From: a bacterium
Lineage (GTDB): Bacteria > SZUA-182 > DTGQ01 > JAFGSM01
Direction: 5' to 3'
DNA: 14,150 bases
Assembly: GCA_049472315.1 (NCBI GenBank)
Contig: JBLIRN010000070.1
Span: forward strand, 1-14,150
Shown: positions 7,550-14,150 of the stretch, piece by piece
Position numbering within the stretch: position 1 is the stretch's first letter
Layout of the letters: each line of letters begins with the position of its first letter
Position numbers and translations under genes: made by a program
Notes under the pieces: generated by a model
The model's input: the letters and a program-made list of their open reading frames with translations, nothing else
The model's database searches: none
Told to the model about the DNA's origin: nothing

Positions 7550-9658
7550 ATGATGAAAAAGAAGATCATATGTATGCTTCTTATATCCACACTCGTGGTA
7601 TGCACTATATCCCTGCTGTATCTATTCGGCATCCTTACCAAATTCGACAACATGGCCTACGACGCCCTGATCCGGCTCGTGCGCCTCAAAAAGCGGGGTT
7701 CGTCCGAGATCGCCCTCGTTCTGATCGATGAACCGTCACTGGAGGTGCTCAATCCGATTGTGGGAAGGTGGCCATGGCCCCGGGCGATCTACTCCGATCT
7801 TCTGGATTTCCTGTCCATGGGAAAACCGCGGGCCGTGCTCTTTGACATCCTTTTTACAGAGAACCAGAAGGATGGATCGGGCAGCGGCTTGGGCGCCGAT
7901 GACCGGCAGCTGGTCAGTGCAACGCGGGAGACAGGTTTGATTTACCATGCCATGCAGGTGCGCGTTGATGATCCGGATGATTTCAACGGGAACCTCCTGA
8001 ATCGCCCCCTTCCAGGTGATTTCGTGAGGCGGTTCTCCATGCGTTCCATCAATACTGATCCCGGGTATATGAACAGGAACAACAACTTTTACCTTCCCTT
8101 TCCGGAGCTCTACCAGGCCTCTCATGGAATGGGGGTGGTGGAATTCTCTCCCGACCCTGACGGCATATTCCGCAGGACCATGCCGGTCAGGGAATATGGG
8201 GATGTCTTCTTCCCTGTCTTGGGGCTCGCCCCCTTTGTTGACGAAAGGGAGGTGGAGATGGACGGCTCGTGGATCCGGGTGGGCTCCGCATACATCCCAG
8301 TGGATGCAAACGGGGAGTGTATATTGAATTACTACGGGTCGTTCGATGCCTATTCCGTAAGCGGCATCCTGGCCTCCTTGCAAAGGATCCGCAGGGGTGA
8401 TGTAGAGGACCTCATTACGCACCCCATGGAGTTCCGGGACAAGATCGTCTTTATCGGAGCCAGTGCCGCAGGGGTGGAGGACCTGAAGCATACCCCATTG
8501 TCACCGAGAACACCGGGGGTTTTCCTTCATGCCACCCTTGCCAGTAACGTCCTGATGAACGATTTCCTGATTCCTCCCACCACCGGAATGACCCTCAGTG
8601 CGATTTTCATGATGACCCTCCTGTGCGTGGCAGGGATCATCCTTTTCGAACGGTATCTCGTCAAGCTGCTCTTCCCGCTCGGCACCTCCGTCATATGGAT
8701 ATCCTTCATCATGTATCAATTACGAAGCAATATCCTGCATGAGGTGGTGCCCCCGCTCGCCGCAATCCTTGCCGGGGGTATGGTCTCCCTGGGGTATCTT
8801 CTCGTTACCGAGGGCAGGGAGAAATTCAGGGTGAAGCGGCTTTTTTCACGCTATGTGTCGCCCGATCTGCTCCACCAGGCACTTGAAGATGATGACCTGG
8901 CATCCCCGCGTATAGGAACCACGGTGGATATCACCGTGGTTTTTGCCGATATCAGGAATTTCACCTCGTTCGCCAACAGGAATCCCCCTGAAAAGGTGGT
9001 TGAGATGCTGAACCTGTTTTTTTCACGCATGACCGATATCATCCTCAGCCACAATGGAAGGATCGACAAGTTTATCGGGGACGCCATCATGGCGTTCTGG
9101 GGGGCGTCCGCGGGGGATGTGCATCCCAGGCAGGCGGTGGTGGCTGCCATTGACATGATACACGCCCTGGAACCGCTCGGAAATGAGCTGAGGGAGCGGG
9201 GATTTGACTTCGACCTGAATATCGGGATCGGAATCAACAGCGGCAGCGCCATCCTGGGCACCATCGGCTCTCAGGACAAGCTTAACTACACGATCGTCGG
9301 CGACACGGTCAATGTCGCTTCACGGCTCCAGGAGCTAACAAAAACCTATGAATGTCCGATTATAATCTCAGAATCCACCTATCGGATGCTGGGTACGGAT
9401 ATCCCCTGCAGGTTGGTGGATGTCATCCATGTGCGCGGGAAGGAAAAGCGGATCAGGATATATGAACCTGTATGCCACTGCGATCCGCGCAAGAAGAATG
9501 TACGGGAATTGTGCGCCATAACGAATGAGGCGTTTGATCTTTATCAGAACAGGGACTTCGAGGGTGCGATGGAGATGTATTACCTGATAGAGGACGGGAG
9601 GTTGAAGGACATCTTTATCACCCGGTGCAAAAAGAGATTGCGAAGGAATGATCATTAG
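7550..9658 (+). CDS. Membrane-bound CHASE2-domain class III adenylate/guanylate cyclase (predicted adenylate cyclase)
   Basis: N-terminal TM; CHASE2 motifs (IALVLIDEPSL, GRWPWPR, FDILF, DPDGIFRR, DKIVFIG, PGVFLHA); three TM helices; cyclase domain with FAD467IRNFT, DK507FIGD511A, NYT581IVGDTVN588VASR592L, VRGK; short helical TPR-like tail. Start is ATG 7550 or 7553. Confidence 0.95.
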   Translation: MMKKKIICMLLISTLVVCTISLLYLFGILTKFDNMAYDALIRLVRLKKRGSSEIALVLIDEPSLEVLNPIVGRWPWPRAIYSDLLDFLSMGKPRAVLFDILFTENQKDGSGSGLGADDRQLVSATRETGLIYHAMQVRVDDPDDFNGNLLNRPLPGDFVRRFSMRSINTDPGYMNRNNNFYLPFPELYQASHGMGVVEFSPDPDGIFRRTMPVREYGDVFFPVLGLAPFVDEREVEMDGSWIRVGSAYIPVDANGECILNYYGSFDAYSVSGILASLQRIRRGDVEDLITHPMEFRDKIVFIGASAAGVEDLKHTPLSPRTPGVFLHATLASNVLMNDFLIPPTTGMTLSAIFMMTLLCVAGIILFERYLVKLLFPLGTSVIWISFIMYQLRSNILHEVVPPLAAILAGGMVSLGYLLVTEGREKFRVKRLFSRYVSPDLLHQALEDDDLASPRIGTTVDITVVFADIRNFTSFANRNPPEKVVEMLNLFFSRMTDIILSHNGRIDKFIGDAIMAFWGASAGDVHPRQAVVAAIDMIHALEPLGNELRERGFDFDLNIGIGINSGSAILGTIGSQDKLNYTIVGDTVNVASRLQELTKTYECPIIISESTYRMLGTDIPCRLVDVIHVRGKEKRIRIYEPVCHCDPRKKNVRELCAITNEAFDLYQNRDFEGAMEMYYLIEDGRLKDIFITRCKKRLRRNDH

Positions 9659-9691
9659 ACATGCGGCGGACATATATATGGGGGGTGCATG

Positions 9692-10180
9692 ATGAAGAAG
9701 ATACTTTGCCTTTTGGTGGTATTTCTTTTCTCCGGCACGGTGTATGCCGCGGATGTCCTCTATGTCCAAAGTCTGGAGGCAACCATATTCGGCCAGCCGA
9801 ACTTTGCCTCCCAGGTTTTGGGGTCCGCGTGCAGGGGGGAGAAGCTTCAGGTGATCGAGACGGGAGAGGGATGGTACAAGGTATCCACCGGCCCCTGCGA
9901 GGGGTGGATAAACATGCTCTGCGTTGCCGAGCATGCCCCGCTCGACAAGGTAACGATCATAAACGATGATATCCCCGATCTTGAAAAGAATATTCGGAAA
10001 AGGGCATCTACTACAACCTCCTCCGCTGCCGCCCGGGGACTCACTCCGTCCGAACGGAAGAGGATGAGCGACTATGAGGCTGCGGATTACCATGCGCTCG
10101 GGCAGCTCATCACGTACACCGAACACATCTCCGATGAAGAGGTAAAGGAATTCGGTCAGTCGCAGGGGAATGAAAAATGA
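9692..10180 (+). CDS. Exported bacterial SH3-like domain protein
   Basis: SPase I-type signal peptide MKKILCLLVVFLFSGTVYA; SH3_3/SH3b-like pattern (P...SQVLG...RGEKLQV...GEGWYKV...EGWI); C-terminal ASTTTSSAAARGL segment and helical tail. A G-run RBS lies 6 nt before ATG 9692 (ATG 9689 is an alternative). Confidence 0.78.
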   Translation: MKKILCLLVVFLFSGTVYAADVLYVQSLEATIFGQPNFASQVLGSACRGEKLQVIETGEGWYKVSTGPCEGWINMLCVAEHAPLDKVTIINDDIPDLEKNIRKRASTTTSSAAARGLTPSERKRMSDYEAADYHALGQLITYTEHISDEEVKEFGQSQGNEK

Positions 10181-11022
10181 AAAGGGATTGCACGCCTAAG
10201 GCCTATCATTGGATTATCACCCTGTTTGTAGGATGCTTTGTCCTTCTCCCCGCATATGCGGAGGCCCCGAGAACACGCATCCATCAGATGGAAAAGCGGG
10301 TCCTTGCCGAGGACATCAGGGCCGAGGTCACGTTCGGGAGAGATGTTGCCGCCCGCATTGTCGGAAGCTACGGACTGTACTGGCATGAGGACCTCATCCG
10401 TTATGTCAACCTTATCGGTAGGACCTTGGGGAATGCGTCCAACAGACCTGAGATTCCCTATACCATCGGCATCCTTGATACCGACACCATCAATGCCTTT
10501 TCCGCTCCGGGGGGATTCATCTTCGTGACCAGAGGGGTCATTGAAACGATTGATGACGAGGCCCAACTGGCGGGCATCATTGCCCATGAGATAATACACG
10601 TGACACAAAGACATATCCTCAAGAAATTGACCATCGCCACCCCCGGTTTTTCACCTGTCTGCGTTTTCACGCAACTGGTCGGCGGCGCAAGCGATCCGGC
10701 GCGGATTGCGTGTGTACAATTGGTGGACGAAACCATCGGCATCCTTTTCGAAAAGGGGTATGACGCCGGCGATGAGGCGGAGGCGGATACCCTGGGGGCC
10801 GTGCTTGCAGCGAGTGCAGGGTATGACCCTACAGGTCTGGCGAGGTATCTCGAGACAATCACACGGGTTCCGAGGGATGGCCTCGAGTCGTATACCAGGC
10901 TCTACCCCGCTATCGAGGAGAGGATACGCTCCATAGAGGCGACCATTGAAAAGGAGGGTTTATCCTCCGGCAGCCGCAGGTATAGATTAGGACGGAACAG
11001 GGTCATTGCGTACAGAAGGTAA
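10177..11022 (+). CDS. Exported M48-family zinc metallopeptidase (BepA/LoiP-like catalytic domain, no TPRs)
   Basis: Signal peptide ending PAYA; INAFSAPGGFIFVTRG, QLAGIIAHEIIH (H137-E138-H141), third ligand E200 in EAEAD, AGYDP, YP...ERI. ATGA overlap with the SH3 gene. Confidence 0.92.
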   Translation: MKRDCTPKAYHWIITLFVGCFVLLPAYAEAPRTRIHQMEKRVLAEDIRAEVTFGRDVAARIVGSYGLYWHEDLIRYVNLIGRTLGNASNRPEIPYTIGILDTDTINAFSAPGGFIFVTRGVIETIDDEAQLAGIIAHEIIHVTQRHILKKLTIATPGFSPVCVFTQLVGGASDPARIACVQLVDETIGILFEKGYDAGDEAEADTLGAVLAASAGYDPTGLARYLETITRVPRDGLESYTRLYPAIEERIRSIEATIEKEGLSSGSRRYRLGRNRVIAYRR

Positions 11023-12328
11023 CAAGGCACGGATTGCCGCAGCGGTTTTTCTCGGTATTCTTTGTGTGCTCACCATACGTTCATGGGCGGACGAGGAGCA
11101 CTACAACAACATCCTCATCGGTGAGCGGGCCGCGGGATTGGGGGGCGCCTACACAGCCGTTTCCGACGACCCGGCAGGACTGTACCACAACCCGGCGGGC
11201 ATCGTCTTTGCGAAGGGCACCAACCTTTCCGGAAGCATGAACGCCTTCTATTTCTCCCAGAAGCACTACGATGGGGTCCTGGGCGGCCAGGGCTGGAACA
11301 GGAGATCCAGCAGGCTCCTGCCGAATTTTTTCGGTGTCATCCAGCAGGCCCCGGTGGGGATGTTGGGATTTTCATATGCGGTCCCCGATGCGGTAAAGGA
11401 GAATCAGGACCAGGTGTTCGACAATCTTCCGTGCCAGGAACCAAGCATCATTGACCCCAATCGAAACGCATTCATAGAGAGCTACCTCATCAATCTGTAC
11501 AATGAGGACAACACCTACAACTTCGGACCCTCTTATGGCCTGGAGGTATCAGACACACTCACCTGCGGCATAACCCTTTATTTTCACAACAGAAGGATCG
11601 AGCGCCTCTTCAACCAGTTGTGCATCCTCGAGGACGGGGACGACAGGTACGAATGGTCGCACCTGAGCTATGAACTTCAGGAATGGGGCGTGCGGCCGGT
11701 CATCGGGATCATGTGGTCGCCGAAGGATACGAAGTTGTCCCTCGGTTTGACCCTCTCCCACACCTTCCTGTTCGATTCGGAGATTCGGAGCCAGAATATC
11801 TACAAGGGGCTCGACTACGATGCGAATGCCATAGAGGTATACAACAGAAAGCTCGCAGCGAAGCGATATTATCCGTATGTCGCCACCCTTGGTGTTGCCT
11901 ACTTTCCTTCCCCTTCGTTCCTCGTGTCGGGGGACATAACATTCTACAGCGATACGGATGCGGTCAGTATTCTCGATGAGGCAACAGGGATGCCGATGGT
12001 CCTGTTCCAGAAGAAACGATCGCTCCTCAATGCCTCTCTCGGCACCGAATACTATCTTACCCGAGAGCTGGCGCTCAGGTGCGGGTTCTTTACCAATCTG
12101 GCCAACTCCTATACGGTTGAAAGCGGGAGGTTCAATCAACCCGAACATGTTGACCTGTTCGGTGGTGGGCTCAGCCTGAGCTATTTCATACGGGGCTCAT
12201 CCCTCACCCTGGGGACCGTCTACAGCTACGGTACCGGAAAGGCCCAGATCCATGCCGATGCCCCGTACATCCAGAATGCCCGAATCTCCTCTCTTGTCCT
12301 TTTCATTGGGGCCTCGTATATCTTTTAA
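11006..12328 (+). CDS. FadL/OmpP1/TodX-like outer-membrane beta-barrel protein
   Basis: Signal peptide ending SWA; N-terminal hatch-like motif GERAAGLGGAYTAVSDDPAGLYHNPAG; many amphipathic beta-strands; C-terminal ASYIF beta-signal. The TTG start overlaps the end of the M48 gene, so the exact start is less certain. Confidence 0.82.
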   Translation: MRTEGNKARIAAAVFLGILCVLTIRSWADEEHYNNILIGERAAGLGGAYTAVSDDPAGLYHNPAGIVFAKGTNLSGSMNAFYFSQKHYDGVLGGQGWNRRSSRLLPNFFGVIQQAPVGMLGFSYAVPDAVKENQDQVFDNLPCQEPSIIDPNRNAFIESYLINLYNEDNTYNFGPSYGLEVSDTLTCGITLYFHNRRIERLFNQLCILEDGDDRYEWSHLSYELQEWGVRPVIGIMWSPKDTKLSLGLTLSHTFLFDSEIRSQNIYKGLDYDANAIEVYNRKLAAKRYYPYVATLGVAYFPSPSFLVSGDITFYSDTDAVSILDEATGMPMVLFQKKRSLLNASLGTEYYLTRELALRCGFFTNLANSYTVESGRFNQPEHVDLFGGGLSLSYFIRGSSLTLGTVYSYGTGKAQIHADAPYIQNARISSLVLFIGASYIF

Positions 12329-12389
12329 GTGTAAGTGCGGATTCGTTGCCTTGGAAATACCCTCCATGACATGCCCTTCTATAAGAACG

Positions 12390-12460
12390 GATGCGCTGTA
12401 TAACAGGGCGCGCCTTTTCAGTGCATCGGGATTTTCCTATGCCACATTGGGATTGTCCCG
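12390..12460. terminator. Tandem imperfect hairpins between convergent genes (possible terminators)
   Basis: GATGCGCTG (12390-12398) pairs with CAGTGCATC (12419-12427) around an inner AGGG-CGCG-CCTT stem; a second stem CGGGA...TCCCG spans 12427-12460. No clear U-tract. Confidence 0.3.
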
Positions 12461-12489
12461 TAACTGATCCATAATCTGCTGATGCTATC

Positions 12490-12918
12490 TCACTCAACCT
12501 TGGTATCCCGGCCCTCGCCTTTCAACCCGTAATGTTTTTCCATGCATTCGGAACATAGGCCATGCGAAACTTTTGTTTCTGAATGTTCCTGTATATATCG
12601 GTCAATAGGGATCCATTCGTTATCGATCCTTACCCTTTTGCAGAATACGCACACATGGACAAAATTTTCTAAGTACCTGATTCTCTCCAGGCAGCGCCAT
12701 GATAGTGAGATTACAAAGGCACATAAAACACAAACCAAAATAGTTTCTACAATGCTTTCAATCCAATTTATCGGTGTTTTAACTGCTCCGAACAGAAAAT
12801 GCGGGAAATCAAAAATTTCATTTAACCATAATGATGTTATTACAACGCCAAATCCAATAAGTTCATAGAAAATGATTATTTTCTTGACAGTATTTTTGGC
12901 TGATATATTATTTTTCAT
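12490..12918 (-). CDS. Hypothetical two-TM membrane protein with a C-terminal Cys/His metal-binding-like motif (CxxC...SHGxCxxC)
   Basis: Two hydrophobic segments (IIIFYELIGFGVVITSLWL; IVETILVCVLCAFVISLSW), then VHVCVFCKRVR...W..IDRYIQEHSETKVSHGLCSEC. This resembles the Cys-rich tail often found on PAS/response-regulator proteins of anaerobes. Start placed at ATG 12918 (TTG 12927 is an alternative). Strongly AT-rich. Confidence 0.8.
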   Translation of the reverse strand: MKNNISAKNTVKKIIIFYELIGFGVVITSLWLNEIFDFPHFLFGAVKTPINWIESIVETILVCVLCAFVISLSWRCLERIRYLENFVHVCVFCKRVRIDNEWIPIDRYIQEHSETKVSHGLCSECMEKHYGLKGEGRDTKVE

Positions 12919-12987
12919 TGTAAACAATTATGAACTTCCAATAAATTTTAAGCAGAAAGATAACTATAATTACAAAAAATTTCTTAT

Positions 12988-13002
12988 TGATAATAATTAT
13001 TC
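12988..13002. promoter_or_regulatory. Fur-box-like 7-1-7 element
   Basis: TGATAAT-A-ATTATTC matches TGATAAT-N-ATTATCA at 12/14 positions (14/19 to the classical 19-bp box over 12983-13001). It lies about 70 nt upstream of ATG 12918. The AT-rich context raises the chance-match rate. Confidence 0.4.
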
Positions 13003-13170
13003 TTGTTTTAGTACGTTTTTTCCCTCAAACGCAAATCGTTAAATTAAGGCTCGGCCGGAAATTGTAATCGGGATCAATGCCGTTCTTCCCCTCGATTAAA
13101 TGCTCAATTTATATATTCTGTCTCCTTACCGCAGATTAATTTTTCTAATAACCGTGCAGTCATTGCCGAA

Positions 13171-13194
13171 TGTAACACCTTGTAACCATGTAAT
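13171..13194. promoter_or_regulatory. Direct-repeat box TGTAAC-N4-TGTAAC (OmpR/PhoB-family regulator-like)
   Basis: TGTAAC at 13171 and 13181 (10-bp period) plus TGTAAT at 13189; reads GTTACA-N4-GTTACA on the minus strand. Confidence 0.35.
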
Positions 13195-13354
13195 TACCAT
13201 AATGGCATATTTTTATCAAGATACAATCGACGGAATGGCAGTGTCGTTAGCATAGAATCGCGTCAGCTCAATCCCATCCGTTCGAAGCACGTGCGGTGAC
13301 GGTCGGCATGCGCTGCCAGGATGTCCTTGAACAAAGGTGAGGCGAACACTCCTC

Positions 13355-14150
13355 TTACTCGTATATCTCATACACTTGGCCGTTCAAAGTGAACCGCACA
13401 TTCCTGCCGAGGGAAAGGAACTGTGCTGCCTGCGGTTCCTTCTTCAGGAGCTCGAAGTATTTCTCCGAGGCGAATTGGATACGTACCTGCTTTTTCTTCT
13501 TCTGCGCCTGGAGCAGGGCATCGACCCAGACATTCCCTGTGTTGTAGAAGGCCCTCCCCTGGATGTTCCGGACCTGATGGGTGAGCTGCTGCGTCTTTCC
13601 CATCGAGTCCTTGAATGAGAGGCGGGACTCGCCCTGCCGCGTCTGGGCGAGGTTCCAGGCATCGTTCAACACCTGGACCTCCTCGCTTGCCCTGACCCCC
13701 TTGTATCCGGATTTTACCTTCATGTCGAGGAATCCCTCCTTGCTCCTCTCGGCGAGTTCCTTGTCCCCGGACGCAATCCCTCCAAGGGTCTGGTGGGCAC
13801 GGTCGAGCTCGTTTCGAGCTGCCCGGTCCAGTTCATCCTCTATGATCAGGTAGCTGGTGTAAGGCGTTACAATGCCGTGATGCCTTGCCAGTTGAGTGAT
13901 CTCCTCAACCAGTTCCCTGTCCTCCCCGTGGAGCCGAATCTGGTCGAGGAGAAAGCCGATGCGCCGCGCTGCCCAGAGTGCGGGGATATACGCATACCGG
14001 AGGTCTTTTCCGGGAAAATCCACGTCGAACTCGAATCGTTTCTCCCTGTTTTTTACCTTTCCCGCTATCGTCAATCGTGTCTTCTTGCCTTCCCCCTTGT
14101 ACATTCCAACCAGGGTGAGCGATGAGCCTCTGAAGAGATCGGGAAGCTCC
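13355..14150 (-). CDS. VIT/von Willebrand A (inter-alpha-trypsin inhibitor heavy chain-like) protein, C-terminal fragment (5' end lies outside the window)
   Basis: The frame stays open past the listed ATG 14104 to the window edge (ELPDLFRGSSLTLVGMY). It contains LWAARRIGFLL...ELVEEITQLARHHGIVTPYTSYLIIE, typical of the region after the vWA domain in bacterial VIT-vWA proteins. The VIT and vWA domains themselves are not in the window. Confidence 0.8.
   Translation of the reverse strand, partial: ELPDLFRGSSLTLVGMYKGEGKKTRLTIAGKVKNREKRFEFDVDFPGKDLRYAYIPALWAARRIGFLLDQIRLHGEDRELVEEITQLARHHGIVTPYTSYLIIEDELDRAARNELDRAHQTLGGIASGDKELAERSKEGFLDMKVKSGYKGVRASEEVQVLNDAWNLAQTRQGESRLSFKDSMGKTQQLTHQVRNIQGRAFYNTGNVWVDALLQAQKKKKQVRIQFASEKYFELLKKEPQAAQFLSLGRNVRFTLNGQVYEIYE

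Noticed and set aside
7084..7553. Short intergenic ORFs 7084-7296 and 7350-7553
   Set aside because: TTG/GTG starts with no clear RBS and no protein-like features; the sequence is better explained as regulatory.
7736..12148. Minus-strand ORFs 7736-8491, 9368-10126, 10156-10614, 11549-12148
   Set aside because: Antisense to the cyclase operon genes, with no family signatures.
12540..12655. Cys motifs as c-type heme-binding sites
   Set aside because: The motifs are CVFCK and CSECM, not CxxCH.

Overview
Diderm bacterial DNA, mostly GC-rich. The protein repertoire suggests a deltaproteobacterial/Desulfobacterota-like host, but that is an inference. From left to right: (i) the 3' end of an outer-membrane beta-barrel gene and a bidirectional terminator; (ii) a minus-strand peptide ABC importer operon (Opp/Dpp type, SBP-B-C-D-F) ending in a translationally coupled S66 LD-carboxypeptidase, probably for cell-wall peptide recycling; (iii) a 544-nt divergent intergenic region with a perfect 16-bp inverted repeat around overlapping -10 hexamers, several hairpins and a cluster of CsrA/RsmA-type GGA motifs; (iv) a plus-strand four-gene operon encoding a CHASE2 class III adenylate cyclase, an exported SH3-like protein, an exported M48 metallopeptidase with Tyr at a normally conserved His, and a FadL/OmpP1-like outer-membrane barrel; (v) an AT-rich islet with a small two-TM protein carrying a CxxC...HxxCxxC motif, preceded by Fur-like and OmpR-like boxes; (vi) the 3' part of a VIT/vWA-type gene. 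The best candidate for an undescribed system is the CHASE2-cyclase/SH3/M48/FadL operon as a trans-envelope, possibly proteolysis-linked cAMP signalling module. It may be co-regulated with the divergent peptide uptake operon. No mobile element, CRISPR array, tRNA or rRNA was seen.
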